Position numbers and translations under genes: made by a program
Notes under the pieces: generated by a model
The model's input: the letters and a program-made list of their open reading frames with translations, nothing else
Told to the model about the DNA's origin: nothing
Database searches by the model: none
From: an uncultured Methanosarcinales archaeon
Lineage (GTDB): Archaea > Nanobdellota > Nanobdellia > Woesearchaeales > JAGVZT01
Assembly: GCA_964419615.1 (NCBI GenBank)
Contig: CAYQPU010000019.1
Span: forward strand, 1-31,455
Direction of reading: 5' to 3'
Length of the DNA stretch: 31,455 bases
Shown here: positions 15,575 to 26,185 of the stretch, one piece after another
Layout of the letters: each line of letters begins with the position of its first letter
How positions within the stretch are numbered: position 1 is the stretch's first letter

Positions 15575-16483
15575 ATGCAGGCTGTAAGAATAAATAGGGT
15601 TTCAAAGCACTTTTACACAAATAAAACTAGATTTGATGCTCTAAAAAACATCTCAATCAATATAGAAGAAGGAGAAATATTTGGAATATTGGGAGCTAAT
15701 GGTGCTGGGAAAACTACTCTGCTTAATTGTATAAATGGAATGCTGATACCAAATAAAGGAAGAGTAGAAATATTTGGAAAAACAATTGAAGAAGATTTTT
15801 CCTTACTAGAAACAATGAACTCTGTATCTGGTGAAACTAGATTTCACTGGAGCCTCTCTGCAAAACAAGTCTTGAAATTCTACAGCATGTTATATAAAAT
15901 TCCAGCTAAAGAGAGTAAAAAAAGAATTAAAGGATTAATCAAAGACCTTGAAATAAAAGATTTCATGGATCAGAAATTTGACACTTTATCAACAGGACAG
16001 AGAGTAAGATTAGTGCTTGCAAAATCATTAATCAATCATCCAAGATTATTATTATTAGATGAACCAACATTAGGATTGGATCCAGACATAGCAGTAAAAG
16101 TTCGAAAAAAAATTACCCAAGTTAGGGAAAAATACAATACAACAATAATCTTAACCTCGCACTATATGGATGAAGTTGAGCAGCTCTGTGATAGAATTGC
16201 ATTTATTCATAAAGGAGAACTAATTGACATTGGAGCAGTAAAAGATGTAAAAAAGAACAAATTTGACACTTACCAAATAATCATTGATATAAAAAATCCT
16301 AAAAAAACTCAATTAGAAAAAATGGGCTTTAAAGTTAAAAACAAGCAAATTTCAAAATACCTAAAACATGATCAGGACATTAGTAAAGTACTCTCTGACT
16401 TAGTAAAAGGAGGATATAAAATAATTGACATGGAGGTTAGAAAACCATCTTTAGAAGATTATTTTATTAAAATGTTAAAATGA
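15575..16483 (+). CDS. ABC transporter ATP-binding protein (ABC-2/drug-resistance exporter type)
   Basis: Walker A GANGAGKTT, signature LSTGQ, Walker B LLLLDEPT, H-loop TSHYM, C-terminal PSLEDYF. Confidence 0.95.
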   Translation: MQAVRINRVSKHFYTNKTRFDALKNISINIEEGEIFGILGANGAGKTTLLNCINGMLIPNKGRVEIFGKTIEEDFSLLETMNSVSGETRFHWSLSAKQVLKFYSMLYKIPAKESKKRIKGLIKDLEIKDFMDQKFDTLSTGQRVRLVLAKSLINHPRLLLLDEPTLGLDPDIAVKVRKKITQVREKYNTTIILTSHYMDEVEQLCDRIAFIHKGELIDIGAVKDVKKNKFDTYQIIIDIKNPKKTQLEKMGFKVKNKQISKYLKHDQDISKVLSDLVKGGYKIIDMEVRKPSLEDYFIKMLK

Positions 16484-17259
16484 TAAGCATTCAAAAAATC
16501 AAGGCACTTTTGTATAGAGACTTTGTAATACTTTCTAAATCAAAAGAAAGAATAATAGAGTTCCTATTCTTCCCTCTTACTTCCACATTAATTTGGGGAC
16601 TGTTTGCAAATCATTTCAGGCAATTTTCAGTAGAAACAGCAATGATGTTGTTGATAATAAATGTGTTTTGGTCATTTTCATATCTCTCACAATCTGCTGC
16701 AAACCTACAAATCAATTTAGATGTGTGGAGCAGGAGTATATACCAGTTATTGGTTTCAGGAATTCATGAATTAGAGTATCTACTCGCAAGAATACTATTT
16801 TCTATTATAACCTCTTTGGTAATATTAATATCTATGTTATACATAACTCACTGGTTTGGGTTCCAGCTTCCAGCAATCCTGCCTTTTATATATTTGATAA
16901 TCTCAACTCTATTGGCATCATCAGCTCTATGTATATTAATAGTCTCACTTTATATTCTAATGGGGAGAGAATATGCATTCTTATCTTGGAGTTTTCTACA
17001 ATTAATCATACTACTTTCAGCACCCTTTTTCCCAATCACAACATATCCAGTTTGGATGCAAAAAGTTGCATATATATTACCTCACACTTGGATATTTGAA
17101 ACTCTAAAAAGACTTCCAGAAACAGGATCTTTAGATATTTTACTTATTAACAGGTCAGCAACAATATCTATTATTGTGCTATGTGTTGTAATACCATTCT
17201 ATTTATATGTGTTTCAAAAATCAAGAAAATCAGGTCAACTAGTTAGACTTAGCACATAG
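16480..17259 (+). CDS. ABC-2 type permease
   Basis: About six TM segments, ALLYRDF start, APFFPITTYPVW...ILPHTW motif; ATGA overlap with the ATPase. Confidence 0.9.
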   Translation: MISIQKIKALLYRDFVILSKSKERIIEFLFFPLTSTLIWGLFANHFRQFSVETAMMLLIINVFWSFSYLSQSAANLQINLDVWSRSIYQLLVSGIHELEYLLARILFSIITSLVILISMLYITHWFGFQLPAILPFIYLIISTLLASSALCILIVSLYILMGREYAFLSWSFLQLIILLSAPFFPITTYPVWMQKVAYILPHTWIFETLKRLPETGSLDILLINRSATISIIVLCVVIPFYLYVFQKSRKSGQLVRLST

Positions 17260-17409
17260 AGCTTTAACAACTTTACCACATTTAGTGCATTTATGCGCTT
17301 CTAGTTTATCATCAAACTCTGTGGTTATACCCCAATCTATCTTAGAGCCGCACTTTCCACACTTCGGCTCCAAATGCTCAATAGAATTTAAGAAATTAAA
17401 CGCTTCCAT
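17239..17409 (-). CDS. small zinc-ribbon protein (56 aa), absent from the ORF track
   Basis: Manual translation: MEAFNFLNSIEHLEPKCGKCGSKIDWGITTEFDDKLEAHKCTKCGKVVKALCAKSN*; two CxxC motifs; overlaps the permease 3' end by 21 nt. Confidence 0.75.
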   Translation of the reverse strand: MEAFNFLNSIEHLEPKCGKCGSKIDWGITTEFDDKLEAHKCTKCGKVVKALCAKSN

Positions 17410-17597
17410 AGCTCTAATCCCTAATTATGGTAAAATTAGTATATAAACCTTTCGGAATTGGGCTGAAATGCTTTAATTCTAGCAATACAGAAGGTTGTAT
17501 GGAAACATTTATATATACCTTGATCAAAAATCTATACCAGATTAGAAATAATCTTTATTATCATATATGGATTGCATATAAAAAGAGGTGTATTTTA

Positions 17598-20500
17598 ATG
17601 AATAAAAAGAGGACGATACTTACCATACTATTTCTATTTGTGTTTTTGGCCATGATAAACATGGTGTCTGCTTATGTTGATTGTTATACAAGTGGTATGG
17701 CAAATCAAGTAAATTGCTCGGCAGAAGCTGATTGTGTCTGGCGTGATGAAGAATGGGACAGCTGGTGTGAAAACAGGGGCTGTTATCAGGTTTTTACACA
17801 AGATGCCTGTGGGCAATCAAGTAACTCATCCTCTGAGTCTTTTATAAACAAAACTTGTGCATGGCAATCCGTTTCTGAAACTGGTTATTGTTCATACCTC
17901 TCTTGTTGGACATTTGATGGAACAAATTCTAGTGCTTGTGTGAATAATACAGATAACTTAAGATGTTCTTGGGTTGATACTTATAATCCTGCTGAATATA
18001 ATTATCCTTGTATGGGTCCTCCAGAAAAACAATGTTGGAATCTTAACACCTCTTCAACTTGTACTGCAGTTCAAGGATGTACCTGGGGAGCATGTATGCA
18101 AGAAGACTGTTGGGACTATTCTAGTACAAATAAAACTTATTGTGAAACTCAACTTGGAAGAAGAGGAAATGCCTGTGAATGGGATACACAATATTCAAAT
18201 TGTAGAGAATCAGGATGTCATTCAAAAACAGATTCTTCAACTTGTTCAGCCGATGGTAACTGTACCTGGTCTGGATCTTATTGTAATGAACTAAGCTGTG
18301 GAGTATATAGCTGGACAAATGCAAGTAATTGTGAAAACAACACTGCAAGTTTAGAATGTCAATGGAATGTTACTTCATCAATTTGTACTGATATAACATG
18401 TAATGATTACTCAACCACTGGAACATGTAGTGCAAACGCAGATTGTAATTGGGAAACTTATACTGGAGGATATTGTTCAGAAGTTGACTGTTATACTTTT
18501 GGAACAAATGTTACATGTGAAAGCAACACAGCAAACTTAGAATGTGTATGGGGAGGAAATGAATGTTACAGAAATATGTCAGCAAAATCCTGTGGCATTA
18601 TTCAAGGTCAGAAAGACTGTTTTGACACAATGTATTGTTTCTGGAATGAAACATCATCTGCATGTAGTGATCCAAGTGGAGATTACTTCACTGATTTTGA
18701 AGGTTGGAATCCAGGATGTTATTTATTTGATAGCAGACAAGCAATATGTGAAAACACAACAGGTTGTGATTGGTCTGCAGGAGATTCTGAATGTAATACC
18801 AATCTAACCGTAATTGCAAGTGGTCAATTAAATTGTTCAATGATAACTAATAATAGTATATGTAATAGTATCCCAGCCTTTAGCAGTTGTTGTACTTGGG
18901 CTGGTGGTGAATGTGTAGAAGACAAATTTACAAAAGCATGTTGGGATGATATGAAAGAGCCTCCTGAAGGAGCTTATTACTGTGATGACTATAATTCATA
19001 CACAGATCCAACACTATGTGCTCAAATTGCAGGTGATCCTTGGTTTATGCCATGTAATTGGGATTCAAACACAAGCAGGTGTATCTTTAAACATGATGAT
19101 GTGTTTGGGGACAAAGACAAAAATATTATGGCCATTGATAACAAGAAAAACTGTGAAGCAGCAGGGGGTAAATGGATACTAGACACTTACTGTGAAGGTA
19201 ATGTTGCTATACCTATGGGTAGATGTGAATTCAAATTTGATGAAGAAAGAAACTGTGACAAAGAATGTTTTGCTTGTGAATACAAAACTGATAAAACTAA
19301 TTGGGCAAGTCAAGCTGATGCTAAAGCGGCATGTGGAGCATCTAAGTCTGGTATCTGTGGCTTTACTGAAGACTCAACTGCACCAAATGGTTATGGATAT
19401 TGTAAACCAAAAGAAGAATTCAAAAGTGGGCAAGCTGGTGACTGTAAATCAGACTGTGGTTCTTGTGCGTCAATGGGAGATCCAACAGCATCTGAGAAGT
19501 TTTCAGGAAATACTGCTCAATATGAAACTTGTATAGCTCCATCTTGTTATTGTTCAAACAGTCCGGCAAAATGTAAATGGCTGGCTGACCCAAACAAACA
19601 AACAGATGAAGCAGCAGGAGTTTGTGTTTCTAAATCAGAAAAAACATGTCAGGATCAATGTGACAAATGTTATGATGAAGGGAACTGTAAAAACAAAGGT
19701 GGTAAACTAGGTAATGCTACTGCAGCAGCAGTTTGTGAATGGTCTGGATCAATCTGTCAATATAAATCTGGAGCAGATTCATTAGAAATTTGTTGGGATG
19801 GAATAGATAATAATGATGACAATAAGATGGATTGTGCAGACTCAATGTGTTTCTCAGATCCGTTCTGTGGTGGAGAATTTATGTTTTCATCATTTGGAGT
19901 AGACTGCTTTGGATACGATGAGGAAACACCTTGTGAGAATGAGGGTTGTGTCTGGATAAACGAGACATGGGGTAGCAGATGTGATATTCCTGCAGCAGCA
20001 TGTTGGAAACTAGATGGAACAAACCAAACTTATTGTGAAAATAATTCAATAACTGGAGTAGGTACATGTGAATGGCACTCAGGCTTTGGTGGAATGTGTG
20101 AAGGAAACTGGAACATTGGAAGTGCATGTCATGGATTAAATGAAGTGTCTTGTGATGGTGCCAATGCTTTAGGCTGTACTTGGCTTGTAGATGATTGGTG
20201 TACAGAATTTGGAGCCATTTGTGAACCAAATGATGCATACAGTGGATCATGGTACAAATGTTGGGAACATGATATGGATGGAAATGCAACTTGTAGGACT
20301 TCAGGTACAGCTGATGGAGATGGGAACTATCCTTGTGATTGGGTACCTGATCCATGGTGTGCACAGCAAGGTGTAAACGCAGGATTCTGTGAGCATGAGA
20401 GCTTTGCTTGTATGCAATATGATGACAATCAAACTGCCTGTGGTCTAGCCGGAAATTGTACCTGGCAGGTAGATTCATATGGTAGTTTTTGTGAACCGAG

Positions 20501-23492
20501 TATGGGTGAAGATTGTAAAAACCAACCAAACGCAACCGAATGTTCAGATGCAGGCTGTAACTGGATGTCTGGATTCTGTGACCCAGCTGGATTTGGCGGT
20601 GAAATGATGCCAGGAATGTCTGGTGGTGGCGGCGGTGGCGGTGGAAGTGGTATGACAATGGGAGGATCAGGTATGCAGTGTATGCAATATAATGGAAACC
20701 AAACAAATTGTGAAGCACAAACAGGTTGTGGTTGGTTTGATGAACCTTGGCCTTTCTGTGATATCAACTTTGCTAGCAATTGTCCTCAACACTCCTATAA
20801 TCAAACAGTCTGTGAGGGAGAATCTTTATGTATGTGGAATCCAGATGCTAGTTTCTGTGATGAAAAAGCATTTGAGTGTATGTGGAATCAAACATTGCAG
20901 ACTGATCTAGCTATTTGTGATGCACATCCTTTATGTGTTAATGCTACTGGGTATTGTGAACCTGCTGCGTTTACAGTAAGTACTCAGGCAGAATGTGATG
21001 CATTGAATGAATCATTCAAATGGGCAACAGGATGGTGTAACCCGGGTATGGCAGCTCAATTCTTCCAAGGAATGGAAATGAGTGGACCTCCAACACCTCT
21101 TGGAAATGATCCACTTGATAATGACATTGAAGCTGAAGTTGATATTCTTGACTTTGGTATGAAAGACATGGGAGATGCTTATGGATTTGGTATTGGAATT
21201 AGAGACATGGCCAATGCAGCAGCATGTAATAACATTAAAATGCAGGGAGGAACAGGCGGTGGAACAAATCAGACCACATATTATTGGTATTTTGATACAG
21301 ATAGTAATCAATCAAATAACTGTGCACTAAACCATGACTCAAACGAATTGGGTTATGAATTCTACATGAAAAATGGTTGGGTATATGATGACCAATCTGG
21401 AAGTGTAACAGAATCTCCATCTGCATACAGATGTTCAGAAGGCTCTTGGATTAAGGCTGAAATCAGTGTTAGTAGTGTTCGACAAATAATGTGTTCCATG
21501 ATAGGTGGAGCAATGATAGCTATTGATATGGATGATCTGGAAAAATACACAGATATGTATGACGAAAATGCTGATTTAAGAGTGACAGTTGCAAGTGCTG
21601 GTCCGTCAAACAATGAGACAGATCCATCAGACTCTGCTAGTGCAGGATATGCAACACCTGGATCATTTGACTTCTCATTTGATGACTTAGATATGTTCAA
21701 GTTTGAAACAGATGGTTCTAAAAAAGCAGGTAAAGAAGGATCAAGCACAGGTTGGATAGATTATGCAACTGATGCAGATTGTTGGACTTCCTCTGGCTGT
21801 GGAGATTATGCCTGTAAGGCACATCCTTATTGTGTAAACAATTCATTGGGTGTTGAGGCAAATAACTTTGTTGACTCTAAAACACCAATGATAATAGGTA
21901 TCTCTAAGGAAGTATACCCAGATGGTGCATTCATTGCTTACTACACAGATAAACCAGCAAATGGAACGTTGAAGTTCTATAAAAATGACAGTACATGTAA
22001 AGCAACGTCATTAAATGTAACAATTGCAGACGTTGGAGTAGCAAATTCAGATGTAGAGGCATACAAACTGTGGCACACAGCAGAAATTGACATTAATAAC
22101 TTGGGCTATAACTTAGATGCCGACACAAGATATTATTACAAAGTCAAAATCTGTGACCAAGCAGGAAAATGTGGAGAGAGTAAATGTTCAAGCTTTAGAA
22201 CTGAAACAAATACAAACTGTCCATTCTGTAAGTTTGTAACAAGGCTAAAAGCTCCAACTGGATGGGAAGTTAAATACGACTTAAATCAAGATGCAACCTA
22301 TGAACACTGGCAAGGAAATGTATGTGGCGATGCAGCAGGAATGAAGACCAACTACACTAATGCCAGAAGAGCAAACATCTTGCTGACATCAACTGACAAC
22401 ACATCTTACATTGAATTCCTGGATACAAGAATTACAAAAACAGGTCTAAACAGTAAAACAAGTGAGATTGATTCAAGTGGTGCATTGCAATCTGGAACAA
22501 CAGAATCCACATCAGGAGCTACAGTTGGTTATGCTGGTATGGCAGAAGCAACAAGAGATAAGATCGTCAATAATCTTTATCCTCAAAAATGTTTGATGAA
22601 GATACCAAGTGAGGGAACTTGTGAAGAGTTCTGGCATTGTAATAACGATATGACTTTATGTCTGAACAGAACCTCAGAAGCAACACTGAATGTAACTGGT
22701 AGTGATTTCTGTATCTGGGAAGTGCCATACTGTCAATTCTCTACATGGGTTGGTGGACAACCAGGAGAAGCAGCAGCAGCTTCTTCATCTAGTAGTGGAG
22801 GTGGGGGAGGCGGAGGAGCAATTGCCACGGCAACTAAAACCACATCAGAAACAAGAGTTTGGGCAGAGATCAAAGCTGGAGATAAAATCTCCATGCCCGT
22901 CTCAAAAGAAGAGATCCCTATCTCCCAGGTAGAGTTTACAGTTGAAAATGACAAACTTGGTGCTGAAGTTAAAGTATCAGGTCTAGGTGAAAAACCAACC
23001 AGTGTTTCAGCAGCCTCAAATAAAGTCTATAAATATCTGGAAATCGCACCAAAAGTAATAACAACAGATGACGTTAGCAGTGTTAAAATCGACTTTAAAG
23101 TACCAAAAACTTGGGTTGTTGAAAACAACATCAAAAAAGCAACAATAGTGCTGCTTAGATATGTGGACGACAAGTGGGTAGAACTATCTACAACCAGTAA
23201 AGGATCTGATTCAACCAATTACTTTTTCCAAGCTGTGTCCCCAGGATTTAGCTACTTTGCTATCTCAGCAGAACAATCAGAAGTAGCACAAGAAGTTGTT
23301 GTAGAAAAAGAAGCACAGCAAGAGGAAGCTTCAACAGTTGAAGAAGAAACCCCAGCAGAAGCTGCAGAAGAAGAACAAGAAAGTGAAGGACAAAAAGATG
23401 TATTAAAAAACACTGTAATCGTATTGGTTGTTGTTGCACTGGCAATATTAATACCTGTGTTTATTGTTTTCTTCAAGAAGAAAAAAGAGTAA
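17598..23492 (+). CDS. giant cysteine-rich cell-surface protein with PGF-pre-PGF domain and C-terminal TM anchor (~1964 aa)
   Basis: GAGGTG SD before ATG 17598 and a signal peptide (MNKKRTILTILFLFVFLAMINMVSA); >20 CxW repeats; CWDGIDNNDDNKMDCADSMC Ca-binding-like motif; Gly-rich linkers; FN3-like YYYKVKICD; SPGFSYFAIS; acidic stalk; TM + KKKKE. Confidence 0.9.
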   Translation: MNKKRTILTILFLFVFLAMINMVSAYVDCYTSGMANQVNCSAEADCVWRDEEWDSWCENRGCYQVFTQDACGQSSNSSSESFINKTCAWQSVSETGYCSYLSCWTFDGTNSSACVNNTDNLRCSWVDTYNPAEYNYPCMGPPEKQCWNLNTSSTCTAVQGCTWGACMQEDCWDYSSTNKTYCETQLGRRGNACEWDTQYSNCRESGCHSKTDSSTCSADGNCTWSGSYCNELSCGVYSWTNASNCENNTASLECQWNVTSSICTDITCNDYSTTGTCSANADCNWETYTGGYCSEVDCYTFGTNVTCESNTANLECVWGGNECYRNMSAKSCGIIQGQKDCFDTMYCFWNETSSACSDPSGDYFTDFEGWNPGCYLFDSRQAICENTTGCDWSAGDSECNTNLTVIASGQLNCSMITNNSICNSIPAFSSCCTWAGGECVEDKFTKACWDDMKEPPEGAYYCDDYNSYTDPTLCAQIAGDPWFMPCNWDSNTSRCIFKHDDVFGDKDKNIMAIDNKKNCEAAGGKWILDTYCEGNVAIPMGRCEFKFDEERNCDKECFACEYKTDKTNWASQADAKAACGASKSGICGFTEDSTAPNGYGYCKPKEEFKSGQAGDCKSDCGSCASMGDPTASEKFSGNTAQYETCIAPSCYCSNSPAKCKWLADPNKQTDEAAGVCVSKSEKTCQDQCDKCYDEGNCKNKGGKLGNATAAAVCEWSGSICQYKSGADSLEICWDGIDNNDDNKMDCADSMCFSDPFCGGEFMFSSFGVDCFGYDEETPCENEGCVWINETWGSRCDIPAAACWKLDGTNQTYCENNSITGVGTCEWHSGFGGMCEGNWNIGSACHGLNEVSCDGANALGCTWLVDDWCTEFGAICEPNDAYSGSWYKCWEHDMDGNATCRTSGTADGDGNYPCDWVPDPWCAQQGVNAGFCEHESFACMQYDDNQTACGLAGNCTWQVDSYGSFCEPSMGEDCKNQPNATECSDAGCNWMSGFCDPAGFGGEMMPGMSGGGGGGGGSGMTMGGSGMQCMQYNGNQTNCEAQTGCGWFDEPWPFCDINFASNCPQHSYNQTVCEGESLCMWNPDASFCDEKAFECMWNQTLQTDLAICDAHPLCVNATGYCEPAAFTVSTQAECDALNESFKWATGWCNPGMAAQFFQGMEMSGPPTPLGNDPLDNDIEAEVDILDFGMKDMGDAYGFGIGIRDMANAAACNNIKMQGGTGGGTNQTTYYWYFDTDSNQSNNCALNHDSNELGYEFYMKNGWVYDDQSGSVTESPSAYRCSEGSWIKAEISVSSVRQIMCSMIGGAMIAIDMDDLEKYTDMYDENADLRVTVASAGPSNNETDPSDSASAGYATPGSFDFSFDDLDMFKFETDGSKKAGKEGSSTGWIDYATDADCWTSSGCGDYACKAHPYCVNNSLGVEANNFVDSKTPMIIGISKEVYPDGAFIAYYTDKPANGTLKFYKNDSTCKATSLNVTIADVGVANSDVEAYKLWHTAEIDINNLGYNLDADTRYYYKVKICDQAGKCGESKCSSFRTETNTNCPFCKFVTRLKAPTGWEVKYDLNQDATYEHWQGNVCGDAAGMKTNYTNARRANILLTSTDNTSYIEFLDTRITKTGLNSKTSEIDSSGALQSGTTESTSGATVGYAGMAEATRDKIVNNLYPQKCLMKIPSEGTCEEFWHCNNDMTLCLNRTSEATLNVTGSDFCIWEVPYCQFSTWVGGQPGEAAAASSSSSGGGGGGGAIATATKTTSETRVWAEIKAGDKISMPVSKEEIPISQVEFTVENDKLGAEVKVSGLGEKPTSVSAASNKVYKYLEIAPKVITTDDVSSVKIDFKVPKTWVVENNIKKATIVLLRYVDDKWVELSTTSKGSDSTNYFFQAVSPGFSYFAISAEQSEVAQEVVVEKEAQQEEASTVEEETPAEAAEEEQESEGQKDVLKNTVIVLVVVALAILIPVFIVFFKKKKE

Positions 23493-23497
23493 AATTA

Positions 23498-23510
23498 TTT
23501 TTTTCTTTTT
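23498..23510 (+). terminator. archaeal oligo-T terminator candidate
   Basis: TTTTTTTCTTTTT 6 nt after the stop of the giant gene. Confidence 0.5.
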
Positions 23511-23565
23511 CTCTTTATTAATCTTAAAGTAAATTATATATACTGAAATATTAAATATAATATTA

Positions 23566-25038
23566 ATGCTAACAAACATATTAAAGATAATCAATCCCTT
23601 CTTTAACATCCCTGGGTTTTATAACAAATATTACATCTTATTCTTCCTTGTAAATCTTATCCTCTTAATTTACTTCTTGATACCATGGATAAAAAAACAA
23701 AAACTAAAAATCTCAAAAACAGCAAAAATTGCTTTAGTTCTAATTATAATCTCGCATGTTGTAAACTGCACAGTCAGCATGAACCCAATAAACAACATAG
23801 CTGACATAGGTGTGCAGGAAGTATGTCAGGCAGATAATCTTTTTAATAACAGCAGGATAGAAAAATTTGAAAGAACCCATGGATTTAGTATTCTTATTTA
23901 CTTTGCTAAACTTCTCTTTTCAAATACTGCTACCTATTACTTAACAGGAGCATTAGGTATTCTAGGAAGTGTTTTGATAATTATTTTACTATTCATAACA
24001 ATAAAAACCTACACAAAAAAAGACCACTATGCAATCCTTGGTTGTTTGACTTATATTCTAATTGATTATGTTGTTCTCACCTCAAGCACTTATGTAACAG
24101 GTCTGACCTATTCATCATTAATAATCCTGTTTCTATTCATATTATACCTAACAGAATCACCAAAAAACAAACATCCAAGACTTATATTCTACACAACACT
24201 ATTTTCAATGTTCTTTCGAATGGAAAACGCAATACTCTTTATCCCCTTCATAATTTACTTAATAAAAAACAGGACATTTGTCAAACCAATTGATATACTA
24301 GTCGGATATTTATTACTTATTCCAAACTTGGTTCCGATATATAACCATAGTATGGTGCATTCCAGTATTGGTAAGTTTGGTTTTTCACTTAATTCCTTAA
24401 ACCTATCATTCACAACTGCCTTTATCCAAATGTTCTCATCAATCTTCTTTGTTTTTTTATTAATTGGATATCTTAAGTTAAAGAAAACAACTAAGTGGAT
24501 TTTACCAAGTTTAATTATAATATACTCAGCATATTTTGTTTATCAGAGTTTTTTACAAAGACATCTTTTGAATCTAATACCTATTCTAATAGCATATATC
24601 TTGATTGGGTTAAGCTTTACTAGTAATTTAAGCAAAAACCGGATCTGGAAAATTTTGGTTGTTGGTTTGTTTATTTATTCATTAATTTTCATCCAGCATA
24701 ATCTCTTTACTAGATACCCTGAAAACTCTCATTACATAACCTCCCAAAAACAAGCTGGAAAAATAATGGGAAATGATTCAATAATTATATATACAGAGCA
24801 ATGTCTTGCAGATACTTATTCAATATTCTACAACAATTATATAATTGTAAATCTGCCATTAGGCAACATGCATCACACAATGGATGATTTTCTCTCAGAA
24901 CACTCTGCTTTAGAATATGACTATATAATCTTCTTGCAGGACTGGAAACCAGAAAAAAAGGAACTAGAATCTGTATTTAACATTAATCTAACAGAACAAG
25001 AACAAGTGGGCGTTGTAAAAATATATAAAATAGAATAA
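23566..25038 (+). CDS. polytopic membrane protein, probable GT-C (ArnT/PMT-like) glycosyltransferase
   Basis: About 11-12 TM helices, first external loop with DIGVQE, FRME motif after a mid-protein TM, C-terminal soluble domain. Family assignment is by architecture only. Confidence 0.6.
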   Translation: MLTNILKIINPFFNIPGFYNKYYILFFLVNLILLIYFLIPWIKKQKLKISKTAKIALVLIIISHVVNCTVSMNPINNIADIGVQEVCQADNLFNNSRIEKFERTHGFSILIYFAKLLFSNTATYYLTGALGILGSVLIIILLFITIKTYTKKDHYAILGCLTYILIDYVVLTSSTYVTGLTYSSLIILFLFILYLTESPKNKHPRLIFYTTLFSMFFRMENAILFIPFIIYLIKNRTFVKPIDILVGYLLLIPNLVPIYNHSMVHSSIGKFGFSLNSLNLSFTTAFIQMFSSIFFVFLLIGYLKLKKTTKWILPSLIIIYSAYFVYQSFLQRHLLNLIPILIAYILIGLSFTSNLSKNRIWKILVVGLFIYSLIFIQHNLFTRYPENSHYITSQKQAGKIMGNDSIIIYTEQCLADTYSIFYNNYIIVNLPLGNMHHTMDDFLSEHSALEYDYIIFLQDWKPEKKELESVFNINLTEQEQVGVVKIYKIE

Positions 25039-25040
25039 TA

Positions 25041-26117
25041 CTACCTTGTAACTGTAAAACTTTCTACTTTTTCTTTCAAAACCTTGGCTTTTTTATTTTT
25101 TTCAAAGTGCTCCCTTACTGGCTTGATCATCTCATTAATATAAAAAGCAGTTGATTTTTTTAAGTCAAGTGGGTGAATATCTCCATTAACATATGCTTCT
25201 TCCAATTCTTTGTAACTATTAAATGTAACATTACCTCCAAACTTTACAGGTCTCTTAATCTGAAAACAGTCATATTTTTCAAAAACAATGCATTTACACC
25301 ATTCAAGAATCGGATTTTCTTCAACTTGCTTTTCTGGACACCATGCTTTCTCAAGCTTTCTATAAATGTCTTTTTCAGTATCTGTCATAAAAACAGCAGA
25401 ATCTGGTTTGGATTTGCTCATCTTTAATTCCATTGTTCTTTCTTCAGCATTTAGATCCTTAGCTACAGGCTGGTTGAGACCCATAAGCATTCTATGACTA
25501 ACAATAACTGGTTTCCAAAATCCAAGTTTAGGCCCAAGTTCTCTAGCTAATATATTGACCTTTGTTTGGTCAACTCCTAATTGGCAAACATCAACATCCA
25601 GATAAAAAATATCAGCGGCTTGCATAACTGGCGCAAATATCTGAGATGCTTGTCTCATCTCGCTTTCTTTTCTACCCAAAATCGTCCCGCATCTCACGAT
25701 TCTTTTAATAGTTGAATTAATAGCAATTCTCATCACAATTTTCCAATACTCTGGATCTGATACTGCATCAGAAGCCCAAACAAACTCAACATTGTCCATG
25801 TTCATACCACAAGCTTTCCAAACCTCAATAAAATACTCACCAACAATTTTAATTTTTTCCAGATCACCACCCATCTTGTTATTTGCCCATGCATGCCAAT
25901 CTGCCACCCACATCTTAAAGTGAGCGCCTGCTTTTATCATCTTGTTAACATTAATAGCTCTTAAAATACCCTGAGCAATATGAATATTACCTGAAGGCTC
26001 AAAACCATCATAAGCAACAAACTTTTTCTTTTTTTCAAGCAATTCTTTTAGATCTTTCTCTGTTACAATCTCTTCTCCAACTTCTCTTATTAGCTTTAAT
26101 CTCTCATCAACTTTCAT
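25041..26117 (-). CDS. tyrS: tyrosine--tRNA ligase, archaeal type
   Basis: AYDGFEPSGNIHIAQG (HIGH-like), ADWHA, MQAADIF, LGVDQ, KMSKS, HPLDLK. Confidence 0.95.
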   Translation of the reverse strand: MKVDERLKLIREVGEEIVTEKDLKELLEKKKKFVAYDGFEPSGNIHIAQGILRAINVNKMIKAGAHFKMWVADWHAWANNKMGGDLEKIKIVGEYFIEVWKACGMNMDNVEFVWASDAVSDPEYWKIVMRIAINSTIKRIVRCGTILGRKESEMRQASQIFAPVMQAADIFYLDVDVCQLGVDQTKVNILARELGPKLGFWKPVIVSHRMLMGLNQPVAKDLNAEERTMELKMSKSKPDSAVFMTDTEKDIYRKLEKAWCPEKQVEENPILEWCKCIVFEKYDCFQIKRPVKFGGNVTFNSYKELEEAYVNGDIHPLDLKKSTAFYINEMIKPVREHFEKNKKAKVLKEKVESFTVTR

Positions 26118-26185
26118 TTTAATATCTCAAACTATTTTCATTTATTAAATCTTTTGGAAAAATAAAAAAAACAAAAAAATTTGGC

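Noticed and set aside
17427-17597. ORF-track start of the giant protein at 17427
   Set aside because: This segment is promoter-like AT-rich sequence; the SD (GAGGTG) and signal peptide point to ATG 17598.
20621-22818. GGT/GGC and AGT/GCA runs (about 20621-20650 and 22770-22818) as regulatory microsatellites
   Set aside because: They encode Gly/Ser/Ala linkers of the giant protein with mixed codons.
26118-26185. att-site duplication of the tRNA-Tyr 3' end bounding the MTase/MetE cassette
   Set aside because: No repeat of the tRNA 3' sequence is visible here and there is no integrase, so a classical integrative element is not supported.
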